Below, piece by piece: positions 23,960 through 36,480 of a DNA stretch of 64,000 bases. This DNA is from Squalus acanthias. Its lineage: Eukaryota. The first letter of the stretch is position 1. Every line of letters starts with the position of its first letter. Position numbers and translations under genes: made by a program. The stretch is taken from positions 144,028,001-144,092,000 of the forward strand of contig CM059432.1 of the NCBI GenBank assembly GCA_030390025.1. The letters are read 5' to 3'. The notes beneath the pieces were generated by a model. It worked only from the letters and a program-made list of their open reading frames with translations, made no database searches and was not told the origin of the DNA.

Positions 23960-24385
23960 CTGGACCCCAAGGGTTAAATTACGAGAAGAGATTACACAAA
24001 CTAAGGTTCTATTCCGTGGAATTTAGAAGGTTAAGGGGTGATTTGATCGAACTTTTCAAGCTATTAAGGGGAACTTCCGCTGGTTGGGGAGTCGAGGACT
24101 AGGGGCCTAAAAATTAGAGCCAGACCTTTCAGGAGTGAAGTTAGGAAACACTTCTACACACAAAGGGTGGTAGAAGTTTGGAACTCTCTTCCGCAAACGG
24201 CAATTGATGCTAGATCAATTGTTAATTTTAAATCGGAGATTGATAGATTTCTGTTAAGCAAAGGTATTAAGGGATCTGGGGCAAAGACGGGTATATGGAG
24301 CTAGGCCACAGATCAGCCATGATCTCATTGAATGGCGGAACAGGCTCGAGGGGCTGAATGGCCGACTCCTGTTCCTATGTTCCTG
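23960..24385 (+). mobile_element. CR1 3' fragment
   Basis: ttagaaggttaaggggtgatttgat...cacttctacacacaaagggtggtagaagtttggaactc...cctgttcctatgttcct tail. Confidence 0.8.
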
Positions 24386-24493
24386 TATTCATTGAAATGT
24401 TGGGACACATTTGGTTGGGGAAGGATGATCGCAGTCGTAACAAGTTCTCTTCTCATTGGACACTCGCACTTTCCAACAAGGATCACTCAATAA

Positions 24494-25515
24494 CCCCCCG
24501 GGAGTGGGGAGCTCTGGTCTATTCCCCCCAGGAGTGGGGCACTCTGGTCTATTCCCCCCAGGAGTGGGGAGCTCTGGTCTATTCCCCCCAGGAGTGGGGA
24601 GCTCTGGTCTATTCCCCCCAGGAGTGGGGAGCTCTGGTCTATTCCCCCCAGGAGTGGGGAGCTCTGGTCTATTCCCCCCAGGAGTGTGGAGCTCTGGTCT
24701 ATTCCCCCCGGGAGTGGGGAGCTCTGGTCTATTCCCCCAGGAGTGGGGCACTCTGGTCTATTCCCCCCAGGAGTGGGGAGCTCTGGTCTATTCCCCCCAG
24801 GAGTGGGGAGCTCTGGTCTATTCCCCCCAGGAGTGGGGAGCTCTGGTCTATTCCCCCCGGGAGTGGGGAGCTCTGGTCTATTCCCCCCAGGAGTGAGGAG
24901 CTCTGGTCTATTGTCCCCAGGAGTGGGGAGCTCTGGTCTATTGTCCCCAGGAGTGGGGAGCTCTGGTCTATTCCCCCCAGGAGTGGGGCGCTCTGGTCTA
25001 TTCCCCCCGGGAGTGGGGAGCTCTGGTCTATTCCCCCGGGAGTGGGGAGCTCTGGTCTATTCCCCCCAGGAGTGGGGAGCTCTGGTCTATTCCCCCCAGG
25101 AGTGGGGAGCTCTGGTCTATTCCCCCAGGAGTGGGGAGCTCTGGTCTATTCCCCCCGGGAGTGGGGAGCTCTGGTCTATTCCCCCCAGGAGTGGGGAGCT
25201 CTGGTCTATTCCCCCCAGGAGTGGGGAGCTCTGGTCTATTCCCCCCAGGAGTGGGGAGCTCTGGTCTATTCCCCCCAGGAGTGGGGCACCCTGGTCTATT
25301 CCCCCCAGGAGTGGGGAGCTCTGGTCTATTCCCCCCAGGAGTGGGGAGCTCTGGTCTATTCCCCCCAGGAGTGGGGAGCTCTGGTCTATTCCCCCCAGGA
25401 GTGGGGAGCTCTGGTCTATTCCCCCCAGTAGTGGGGCGCTCTGGTCTATTCCCGCCGGGAGTGGGGCACTCTGGTCTATTCCCCCCAGGAGTGGGGCGCT
25501 CTGGTCTATTCCCCC
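24494..25515 (+). repeat. 30-bp minisatellite (~34 copies)
   Basis: Unit ccccccaggagtggggagctctggtctatt (10-aa periodicity in the ORF track). Confidence 0.95.
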
Positions 25516-26653
25516 TCCCTTGGCCCATGTTGTCGTGACCATTTTGGGTTGGAAAGTCGGGGTGGGGTGGGGGGGGGTGGTGGAAAGTCGCGATCGCGGG
25601 AGGGGGCCCAGTTTTCTGTGGGATCCGGAAAGCCCCCTCCCAGAGACGGGTTCGATGGGCCAGCCGCTCTACTCTGTCCATCCTTCAGTTATGTCCATAG
25701 CGAGGCTCCACCGTAATCCAAGAAAGTGAGGGAGAGCAGGTTTGTAACTAATGAACAGACTGGGACTGCGGTGGGTTAACCCAGGGTCACTGTGGCGACA
25801 TGCCCTGTACTCGAAGGGCACAGCTTTGCTGAGGATTAGCAGTTCATTTACAATGAACCCAGGCCAAGTTTCTCCTCACTGCTGCTAGTCTTTGCCAGCG
25901 TTGGGATTTTCACAATAACGACACGCAGAGCAGTCTCCCAGCCGAGCTGCCTTATCAATTGTTGATGAGCTCCTGTCCAGGCCAGGAGACGGGCTGCTTC
26001 CTGCCCTCTGTGGAGCCAGTAAAGGAGGTGATAAGCCACGGGGAAGATTTTTTCAGCAGCCTGGAGCCTGGGCTATCTGCTGCTCCAAGTGGCAATGGGA
26101 CATTTTCCACAGTTGCCCTCACAGATATGCTTTTCAATGTCGATAAGGGCGAAGGAGGAGACGGAAAGTGACTGCGAGCAACTTCCCTTTAGGATTCCCG
26201 GCGCAATTAAAGGTTTCAAGTTACCATTTTCCCGTGGCAGGCCGGGTGGTCACACTGTCACCTCCCCTTCCAGACAGAGGAAAGCTTAACAGTTGGTGTT
26301 TAGATTGAACAGGGCCAGTATCAGCCCCTGATAGAGTAGGTGATTATGTTGAGAGTATTGGGAGCTGGGAGATGCTGATGGATCTGTTCTGCACAGTAGC
26401 ATGAGTTTGATTTTTACGCCATGTATCGATGGGCTGTTTAAGGCAGTGATGGAAGCAGTTCTCAGTCTATGGGGCCCGTTACACCTACATGGTGCCTTTC
26501 TGTCCCAGCGCTGTTGCTTTGTGGACATTTTATTAGTTCTGTAATGTTTTATTCCTGTTCACTACCAAAATCAATTTCTGTATCATAATACCGGTAAAGG
26601 AATGGAGTGTTGAGTAATTGCCCAACATGCATTCAACAGTATTGGTGTTATGT

Positions 26654-26660
26654 GTCAGTC

Positions 26661-26702
<42 letters not shown>

Positions 26703-27113
26703 GTGGGTTCACAGTCCCACTCCAGACATTTGAGCACAAGCTAGGCTGACACTCCCAGTGCAGTACTGAGGGAGCTCGCTGCACTGTCAGAAGTGCTGTC
26801 TTTCAGATGAGACATTAAACCAAGGCCCCGTCTGCCCTCTCAGGTGGATGCAAAAGATCCCACGGAACTATTTTGAAGAAGAGCCGGGGAGTTCTCCCCG
26901 GCGTCCTGGACAATATTTATCCCTCAACCAACATCACTAAAACATAGATTATCTGGTCATTATCACATTGCTGTTTGTGGGAGCTTGCTGTGCGCAAATT
27001 GGCTGCCGCATTTCCTACATTACAACAGTGACTACACTTCAAAAGTACTTCATTGGCTGCAGAGCACTTTGGAACATCCTGAGGCTGTGAAAGGCGCTAT
27101 CTAAATGCAAGTC
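26654..27113 (+). mobile_element. Full-length DeuSINE (SacSINE1-like)
   Basis: tRNA-like head (tggctcagtggg, gggttcacagtccc); Deu domain cagtgcagtactgagggag...gatgagacattaaacc...aaagatccca; tail aaaggcgctatctaaatgcaagt shared with L2. Confidence 0.88.
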
Positions 27114-27744
27114 ATTCTTTTCTTTCATTGGCATTAGGTTAAACTTCTCTTCACATGAGGATCTTTTTGATTTGCGCATGAAACCATGTAATATCAGTGG
27201 TAAAAGATCCTCGCACGCCGGCTACGCAATCTGTTTCCACACCTGAATGTGGCCGAGTTCAATTGGACATAAAGTTCGGCCTTGAGGGAGTCGTTCCAGA
27301 ACGTCAAGAATCGAGGGTTCTAGAACCGGCCGAGTCTGACCAAAACCTCCCCTCCGGCAGCGGTCGGCTGGGGTCCCCATCCTGCCCATTGTCACCTGGT
27401 GGTTCCAGCGTGACGCTGACAGCAGAGATGGAGCGGTACCCAGGCTGCTCCCCCTGACCGGGGGTGGGGGCACCAGGAGGTGGCGGAGATCTTGCTGGTG
27501 TGACTCTCTCCCCACTGATGACCACCTTGGCCCGGCTGCGAAACTGCAGGTAAAGATTTAATTAAAAAAAATAATTAAATAAAGGTCCCGATGGCCGGTA
27601 AAAGCAGCAAGGCTGAGGCCCTGCTCCGCTCAGGACAAGACGCGCGCCATTTCTTGTTTTATTTTAAACCAGTTAGAGCTGCTCTAGGTGCTGTGGGGGG
27701 TTTGTTTCTGCAGAAAGCCCAGCACAGACCAAGATTCACAAACT

Positions 27745-28560
27745 CTTCACCATCTCAGCATCCTGTCCAACCCTGAGCTGAGCTTCCGACCACAGATCCT
27801 CTCCATCACCAAGACCGCCTACATCCACCTCTGCAGCATCGCCCGTCCCCGCCCCTGCCTCAGCTCACCTGCTGCTGAAACCCTCATCCGAGCCTTTGTT
27901 ACCTCTCAGACTCGACTATTCCAACGCACTCCTGGCCGGCCTCCCATCTTCCACCCTCCATAAACTTGAGCTCATCCAAAACTCGGCTGCCCGTGTCCTA
28001 ACTCGCACCAAGTCCCGTTCACCCATCACCCCCTGTGCTCGCTGACCTATACTGGCTCACGGTTAAGCAACGCCTAGATTTTAAAATTCTCATCCTTATG
28101 TTGAAATGGCCTTGCCCCTCCCGATCTCCATAACCTCCTCCAGTCTCAGTAACCCTACCTCCCCACACTCTCCATTCCTCCAATTCTGGCCTCTTGCGCA
28201 TCCTCCACTCCCATCACCCCACCATTGCTGGCTGTGCCTTCAGCCACACAGGTTCTGGAGTTCCCTCCCTAAAACCCCTCCATCTGTCCGAGAGGTGGAG
28301 GGTTTTTAGGGAAGGAATTCCAGCACCTGTGTGGCTGAAGACACGGCCTCCAATGGTGGGGCTCCACCCTTCTCTCCTCCTTTAAGACACTCCTTAAAAT
28401 CTACCCCTTTGAACAAGGTTTTGGTCACCACCTCCCCCCCCCCCCTCCTGATGTCTCCTTCCTTGACTTGGTGTCCATTTTTGTCTGATAACGCAGCTGT
28501 GAAGGGCCTTGAGACGTTTTACTACATTAAAGGCGCAATATAAATGCAAGTTGTTGTTGA
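27745..28560 (+). mobile_element. L2 LINE 3' part with an internal fold-back duplication
   Basis: Encodes [12 protein letters not shown]...[12 protein letters not shown]; ends taaatgcaagttgttgttg. Confidence 0.8.
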
Positions 28561-28669
28561 CCCACCTGTTGATTTACACAGGCTGGTTACACAACCTCCT
28601 TGACCTGTAGAACAGGAACCCTGTGCTCGGCGATGGATCCTTTGGTAGTTATCGAAGCTTCTGATGAGT

Positions 28670-28985
28670 GCTTTGCTCTTTCCCCATAGACCTGCAAATT
28701 TTTCCTTTTCAAGTATTTCTCCAAATCCCTTTTGAAAGTTACTATTGAATCTGCTTCCACCGCCCTTTCAGGCAGCGCACTCTAGATCACAACAACTCGC
28801 TGCGTAAAAATATTTCTCCTCATCTCACCTCTTTTTTGCCAAATATCTTAAATCTGTGTCCTCAAGATTACCGACCCTCCTGCCAGTGGAAACAGTTTCT
28901 CCTTACTTACTCTGACAAAACCCTTCATGAATTTGAACACTTCTATTAAATCCCCATAACCTTCTCTGCTCTAAGGAGAACAATT
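28670..28985 (-). mobile_element. CR1 fragment
   Basis: Reverse complement of the family at 61940-62430. Confidence 0.7.
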
Positions 28986-29774
28986 CTATAATGGTTGTGC
29001 TTTTTGAGTCCGCGCTGAGGGGTTTTATGACGTGTGGTTAACGCAGAGATTCTCGATTGTCGCGATTTCTGCTTTAATGATAACCCAGCCCCACGAATAA
29101 TGCCCACTTACTTTCACAGAAAGGAACTTTGATAGGCTCCGGTGTATTAGACTGAAAGAACAACCTGTGAGATTATTTCCCTGTCAGCTCCTGTTAGTAG
29201 TTGGCTCTTACTATGAAAGCCCGTTGATCATGGTTTACAGAGAAATACTAATTTCTAGTACTGAACACTTCTAAATTTTGAAAATTCAAATGTTGTTTTA
29301 GAACAACTCTAAAATTTCCATGAAATGCAGCAGGATTTTCGACCCTTGGGGCATCACAGTCAAGCACAATCCTGCCCTCAAAGCACACGCACATTTTCCA
29401 GCAGGGAGCAGCGGATCAGGAATCTGGGCTCGCTTCTCCCCATCCTGCCTCTAGGGGCGCTGAGCCCACTGCGGCCTCGGCTAAGGACCAGTTCACGCGG
29501 GTCAGTCCTGCTCTGTGTGGCTCAGTACCACGCAGGGCATGTGAGCAACCCACTGAGATTGGGCTATAACCTTTAGTCTTTGCCGCTGTTTTCCGCAGAG
29601 ACTCTGAGCTGAATTAGTCTGTAACAGTGAAGAGTCGCAATAAACAATTGTAACTTTGCACGATGGTGTAACACTGGCGACATCGATTCAGCCGCCCAGT
29701 GTGCACCTCGCCATCGAAGTCACTGCTGTAAATCTTGACTTTGTGCGATAGTGTAAAACCGGTGATAGTGATAG

Positions 29775-30492
29775 TGGGCAGAGGAAATGCTTCAAGGACA
29801 CCCTCAAAGCCTCCTTGAAAAAGTGCAATGTCCCCACTGACACCTGCAGATCAGAGGACCTCCTCGTAGGACTGCTCCTGGGCCTGGCGAAAATAGCCAT
29901 AAACAGGTCCAGGCAGCGGACACCGGGGTCAAGGGGGTCGTTCGCGCCCGGGTGGCCCTGGAGATGGAGCACGCGGTGTCCGCCGGCACGCTTGAGGCCT
30001 TCAGCGACCGGTGGGCGCCGCGGGGACTGGAGTGCATCATCACCCCGGCCAATCAAATTCTAATTTAGTTTGTTAAGTTTTATTTCAAGTTTTATTAAGT
30101 TACAGTTGATTTGTTTAAATATCCAACTAAAAGAGGATCCCCACCGACACCTGGGAATCCCTGGCCCAAGACCGCACAAAGTGGAGGAGAAGCATCCGGG
30201 AAGGCGCCGAACACCTCGAGTCTCTTCGCCGGGAGCAAGCGGAAGCCAAGCGCACGTCAACCCAAGCACCCCACCCACCCGCCCCTTCAACCACCGTCTG
30301 CCCCACCTGTGACAGAGACTGTAGGTCCCGCATCGGACTCATCAGTCACCTGAGAACTCATTGTTAGTGTGGAAGCAAGTCATCCTCGGTTCAGAGGGTT
30401 TCTCTCTCCACGGATGCTGCCTGGCCTGCTGAGTTTTTCCAGCGTTTTCTGTTGTTATCTCGGTTCCGGGGGACTGCCTAAGAAGAAGAAGA
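29775..30492 (+). mobile_element. RTE-clade LINE 3' fragment with two nested insertions
   Basis: Matches the reverse complement of 51184-51545; ends (aag)n. Confidence 0.85.
29847..30137 (+). mobile_element. Tx1/L1-like LINE 3' fragment inserted in RTE
   Basis: Peptide EDLLVGLLLGLAKIAINRSRQR followed by a T-rich 3'UTR; 16-bp TSD tccccacYgacacctg at 29831-29846 and 30138-30153. Confidence 0.65.
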
Positions 30493-32667
30493 TGGTGAGT
30501 CGGCAGCCCGTTCTACATCGCTCCCCGTTATTATTTCCGTTGAAGTCAGTCGGGGAGAGATGTGAAACAGGCGGCTGATTTGCCATCACCCAGGTTTACG
30601 CCAACGCACAGCGTTAAGATCTACCCCGGTGAAAGATAAAATCAGGCAGGCCGTAATCTGGGCGGCAGATTGGACATCGGCCACTTTACACTATTGTCCA
30701 AAGTTCTAACCATCCCAATAAAGCCTCCTGAAATTCTGAAAACACAGCAAAGCATTGCTTCCTGCTGTGAAAGGGAAAGTTGATGAAGGGAAATTTAATA
30801 TAGAGGGTGAAACACTGACATTACACCTTTAAACAATTTTAAAATGATGTCTTTCAATGGAAAATGACGGCATGGTGTTGGTGATGTGTTAATGCAATAT
30901 GTTCTGTTATCTCCATTTGCCAGCATGCTGGGCTTATCCTGGACACTGAGCAGAGTCCCGCAGTGCCGACACTCTGCTCTCTCTCTCTCTCTCGCTGTCT
31001 TCCCACTGTTATTTCTTTGTGCGGCAATAGTTCTGCTAATTACTGCCGAGACTGGTTAGAGTCTGTCAGGCTCCCACTTACTGCGAGAAATTGGCAACTG
31101 ATACAGAACGAGAGAGGGAGGGGTGTTTATGGGGGGAGAGAGAGAGGGGGCTGAGTCTCCACGGTCCAGCCTCGCAGACCAGACTAGGCGAAGGGCCCTC
31201 CTTGCAATAGGAGAGCCGGGCGCTGGAGAGGAGTGAGGGAGCCAGGAGATAAGAGAGGGCAGAGGGGAATGTTTTGTTGATGGAAGAGAAATACAGCTCA
31301 GCTTGACCCTGTAGTGCCAGTGATATTTTAATTTGTTTCGGGGTCAAACACTGACTGAACTGTTGCTGGTGACTCTCGAGAATCATTAACATGAGGCAGC
31401 GTGCATTCTGCAAAAAAACACTTACAGCATTTACAGCACAGCTCCAGAATGAGAGAGCTTGGAAAGAGGCAGATTGTGGGGTTGAAAGTTGTGTTCACCC
31501 GAGAAGGGAACGCCCTTGTGCTCAGAATGAACGGATCAGTATAAGGAGGGGGAGATACTTTCTCTAAAGTTTTGTATTGAGTATTCTAGACTCGGCAGGT
31601 GACAGACTGTTTACCTCCACCTGTTCTGGGCACAAGTGGTGATCGGAGACGGTTTTAAGTGATTGCTCCCATTTGCCAGGAGTGTTTGATGCCTTTGATC
31701 AACACCAGAAGGCCACTTACTGCTCAGGACTTCACCAAAACACAGCTCACCTTTTGCTCATTAGCAATCCACACGATTATAGTTCTGCACAGAAGTCCTC
31801 GCCGTGTGAATCAGCTTAAACTGCTGACCTGGCATCTGTGCAGTTGCGGGGAGGGGAAAATGCAACGAATAAGGAGTCGCCTCCGTGAATTGTTACACTT
31901 CAAAAAATGGTCGGCAAAAACCTCGAACCCACTTTCACCCAACCTCAAGTTCACATTAAAAAAATCTCACTCCAGACTTCGAAAAAAATCTCTTGTTATC
32001 AGATAAAAAATGGACACTGAGCCAGGTAAGCAGATATTAGGACAGGTGACCAAAAGCTTTATCAAAGAGGTAGGTTTTAAGGTGCGTCTTAAAGGAGAGA
32101 GAGAGAGGCGGCGGGGTTCAGGGAGGGAATTCCAGATCTTAGGGCCCAGGCAGCTGAAGGCACGGCTGCCAATGGTGGAGCGATGGAAATCGGGGATGCG
32201 TTATATAAATGCAAGTTGTTGGAATAGTCTCCGACTGTCCAATATCTGCCTCTATGATAGTGTAGCCTGGGGTGTAACAATAATGCCCTCATGTCATCTG
32301 AACAGGATATTTGTGGCTTTCGAACGTGCATCTCCACTCTTCTCGGAGGCTGACCAAGAAAGGACTTGGCACCATGTGGCCATATACAAGACATGAAGCT
32401 GCTTTATTTCACAGCAACAACAAATCCCAAAGTGTGACCAGCATCATAAGTGTTGCGGTTCTGTTCCTGGACTAATAATCCGGAGACCGTGAGTTCAAAT
32501 CCCACCGTGGCAGATTGAGAATTTGAATTCAGTGTATTTAAAAAAAAAAGTTGGTGTCAGTAAAAGTGACCATGAAGCTGTCGGAGTTTTGTAAAAACCC
32601 AACTGGTTCACTACTGTCCTTCAGGGAAGGAAACCTGCCGACTTATCCGGTCTGGGCCTACATGTGA

Positions 32668-34041
32668 ATATAAGAACATAAGAAATAAGAGCAGGAGTCG
32701 GCCATACGGTCCCTCGAGCCTGCTCCGCCATTCAATAAGATCATGGCTGATCATCGACCTCAACTCCACTTTCCCGCCCGATCTCCATATCCCTTGATTC
32801 CCCTAGAGTCCAAAAATCTATCTATCTCAGCCTTGAATATACTCAAAGACTCGGCATCACAGCCCTCTGGGGCAGAGAATTCCAAAGATTCACAACCCTC
32901 TGAGTGAAGAAATTCCTCCTCATCTCAGTCTTAAATGGCCGACCCCTTATCCTGAGACTATGTCCTGTAGTTCTAGACACTCCAGCCAGGGGAAACAACC
33001 TCTCAGCATCTACCATCTCTGGAGTTTAGATGAAGGAGAGGTGATCTCATTGAAACATACAAGATTCTGAAGGGGATTGACAGGGTAGATGCTGAGAGGT
33101 TGTTTCCCCTGGCTGGAGTGTCGAGAACTAGGGGGCATAGTCTCCGGATAAGGGGTCGGCCATTCAAGACCGCTGGGACCGTTCTAGAATCTAGGGAATT
33201 TTGGAAGAGCAAAACCAATGCATCCACTATCTCTGCAGCCACCTCTTTTAGAACCCTAGGATGTAGGCCGTCAGGTCCTGGGGATTTGTTGGCTTTTAGT
33301 CCCATTAGTTTCTCTAGTACTTTTTCTCTACTGATATTAATTACGTTAAGTTCACCACCCTCTTTAGACCTTTGGTTCCCCATCATTTTCGGTATGCTTT
33401 TTGTGTCTTCTACTGTGAAGACAGATACAAAATATTTGTTTAATGTTTCTGCCATTTCCTTATTCCCCATAATAATTTCTCCTGTCTCAGCCTCTAAGGG
33501 ACCAATGTTTACTTTTGCTACTCTCTTACTTTTTACAATCTGTTTTTATATTTCTTGCTAGTTTTCTCTCATTTTCTCTATTCTATTTTTTCCCTTTTGA
33601 TCACTTTTTTGGTCATCTTTTGCTGGTTTCTGAAACTCTCCCAATCCTCAGGCTTACTATTGTTCTTCGCAACATTATAAGCTTCTTCTTTCAATCTAAT
33701 GCTATCCTTAACTTCTTTAGTTAGCCACGGTTGGATCACTTTTCCCGTGGAGTTTTTGTTTCTCAATGGGATGCATTTTTGTTGAGAAAAATTATGAAAT
33801 ATTTCTTTAAATGCTAGCCACTGCTTATCTACCGCCATACCTTTTAATCTATTTTTCCAATCTACCTTAGCCAACTTGCCCCTCATACCTACGTAATTGG
33901 CTTTATTTAAGTTTAAGACTCTATTTTTGGACTTAGGCAAGTCACTCTCAAACTTAATGTGAAATTCTAACATATTATGATCACTCTGCCCCAGAGGATC
34001 CTTTACTATGAGATTGCTAATTAACCCTGTCTCATTACATA
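32668..34041 (-). mobile_element. Rearranged CR1 (same family as 940-7590): RT core deleted, internal inversion
   Basis: 32668-33014 matches 940-1283, and 33171-34041 matches about 3215-4095; TSD atgtga at 32662-32667 and 34042-34047 inside a tRNA-like SINE. Confidence 0.88.
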
Positions 34042-34524
34042 ATGTGACTCCAGTCCCACACCGACATGGTTGACTCTTAGCTGCCCCTCTGAAATGGCCA
34101 CTCAGTTGTATCAATCCGCTATTGGAGGTTCAAGAAGAAGGCCCGCCACCAACTGAGCATCTGCGGATGAGCAATGAATGCTGGCCTTGCCAGCGACATG
34201 TACATCCTGAGAATGAATAAGATCAGGAGGTATAACAATTAAATCAATGTGTTTCAGTGACCCTTTATATTAATCCAGCTCCACACACTGACATGACAGA
34301 AATCAATGAAAGGGTATTAAAGTCAACACATTGTTCTAAATATCCTCCATCACAGGGGGCTGTTGAGGCAGAGACTGCATTATTTAAAATGGAATTGGGT
34401 ATTAGAAATGAAACATATTAAAGGAGAATGGGGGTGCTAAAACAAGGAATGGTTTACACTGGTTCTGACCCAGAAGTGAAAGTGTTAAAGATGAGGCCAT
34501 TATTATATAATCAATGCAGGGATA

Positions 34525-34935
34525 ACAACAACAACAACTTGTATTTATATAGCGCCTTTAATGTAGTAAAATGTCCCAAGGCGCTGCACAGGAGTATTAT
34601 AAGACAAAAATTTGACACCGAGCCACATAAGCAGAAATTAGGGCAGGTGACCAAAAGTTTAGTCAAAGAGGTAGGTTTTAAGGAGTATCTTAAAGGAGGA
34701 AGAGAGGTAGAGGCGGAGAGGTTTAGGGAGGGAATTCCAGAGCTTAGGGCCTAGGCAGCTGAAGGCACGGCCGCCAATGGTTGAGCGATTATAATCAGGG
34801 ATGCTCAAGAGGGCAGAATTAGAGGAGCACAGATATCTCGGGGGGTGGGGGGGGCGGGTGGAGGGGTGAAGGAGATTACAGATATAGGGAGGGGCGAGGC
34901 CCATGGAGGGATTTGAAAACAAGGATGAGAATTTT
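34525..34935 (-). mobile_element. L2 3' end
   Basis: (aac)n tail, then the reverse complement of 170-558; LAPPYICNLL...GGRAFS..GPKLWNSLP. Confidence 0.82.
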
Positions 34936-35206
34936 GATAGTGAAGAAACATAACTTGGTTCAAAGAAGGAGTCTGTCAGAACCCTTTTTTTAAAAAGTTA
35001 CAGAATCTGAGATAACCTGTGTTTCTGAGGCAGCTGAATCATCCCTGGGTTTCTGGGGATTGTGTGGCTGTTGTTACTAATTCAGTTCTCACTTCAGCTT
35101 TACTAAAACCGGTTAATGCTGATTTTATACTGGCTAGGACCAACAGCAGCTGCAGTGTAAAGCTCACACAATAACACCAAGGCAAGCAATGGCGTTGATC
35201 TTACTA

Positions 35207-36480
35207 GCTGGAGAAAACTGTGGCTCATCCAGGACTGGATGTCGGACAAGCAGTCTGACAAAATGGAGGCAATGGAGGGGTCAAGAGAGGTGGTGGAGAG
35301 GTAGAACTGGGTGTCGTCAGCGTACATGTGGAGACTGATCCTCATGTCTTTGGATGTTGTTGCTGAAGGGCAGCACGAAGAGGAGGGGTAGATCCTGGGG
35401 GACTCCAGAGGTAACGGTGTGGGGCTGGGAAGAAAAGCCATCCCTGAAGATGCTCTGGCTACAACTGATAGAATGGAACCAGGCAAGGGCAGTCCCACCC
35501 AGCTGGACGACGGAGGAGAGGCGTTGGAGGAGGATGGTGTGGTCAACCGTATCAAAAGCTACAGACAGGTCGAGAAGGAGGAGGAGGGATAGTTTACCAC
35601 GGTCACAGTCACATAGGATGTCATTTGTGACCTTGGTAAGAGTCATTTCGGTACTGTGGCAGGGGTGGAAACCAGGTTGGAGGGATTCAAACATGGAGTT
35701 ATGGGAAAAATGGGCGTGGATTTGGGAGGCAACAGCACGTTCAAGGACTGTGGAGAGGAAAGGGAGGTTGGAGATAGGGCAGTAGTTTGCAATTACAGAG
35801 GGGTGAAGGGTGTTTTTTTTTAGGAGAGGGGTGACGATGGCAGATTTGAAGGCGAGGGAGACAGTACTTGAGGAGAGGGAATCGTTAATAATATCAACTA
35901 ACGTGGGGGCCAGGAAGGGAAGTTGTGCGGTTAGCGGGAAACTGGTCAAGGGAGCAGGAGGTGGGTCTCATGGACAAGATGAGTTCAGAGGGCATGAAAG
36001 GAGATAGGAGAGAAACTGGAGAGAGATGTGAGTTTCGGGCTGGGGGGAGGTTTGGCTTGGTTGGCAAGTGGGAGGAGGGGAAGCAGCAGAGGCAGCTGAT
36101 CAAATAGTCTCAATCTTAGTGATAAGGACATCCATGAGCTCCTCGCACCTGCTGTTGGAGGTGAGGGTGGAGGGGGCAGGGGAGAGGGGTTTAAGGAGAT
36201 GGTTGGTAGTGGAGAAAAGAAGCCGGGGGGGGTAATCTTTAAACTCCAGGATGATCCTGGACTGGAGCGTGGTTTTGGGTGAGTCCCCCATTGGCGATTG
36301 ATGTGGTCCAGCCAGACCTGGTGATGATGAACGGCTAAACCAGTTGTGCACCCTGTACGTTTATGGGCACCGTGCCAGGGGGAACAACCGGGATGGGGGG
36401 AGAGAGTAAGGGTTATACTGGGGGCAAGGGCTTCAATGATGGAGGTGAGGGAGTGATTGAGCTAATCGGCCACTGCGGAA
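35207..36480 (-). mobile_element. L2 LINE ORF2 (RT) fragment
   Basis: NYCPISNLPFLS, LLLLDLSVAFDTVDH, GVPQ, MYADDTQFY in ORFs 35317-35949 and 35103-35555. Confidence 0.87.

Noticed and set aside
24358..25729. CRISPR-like or repeat-protein interpretation of the 30-bp array
   Set aside because: Head-to-tail units with no unique spacers, no cas genes, a eukaryotic context, and single-base indels that break frame.
28661..28680. CTGATGAG hammerhead-like core (also ctgatgaag at about 15843)
   Set aside because: No stem II followed by GAAA and no stem I pairing.
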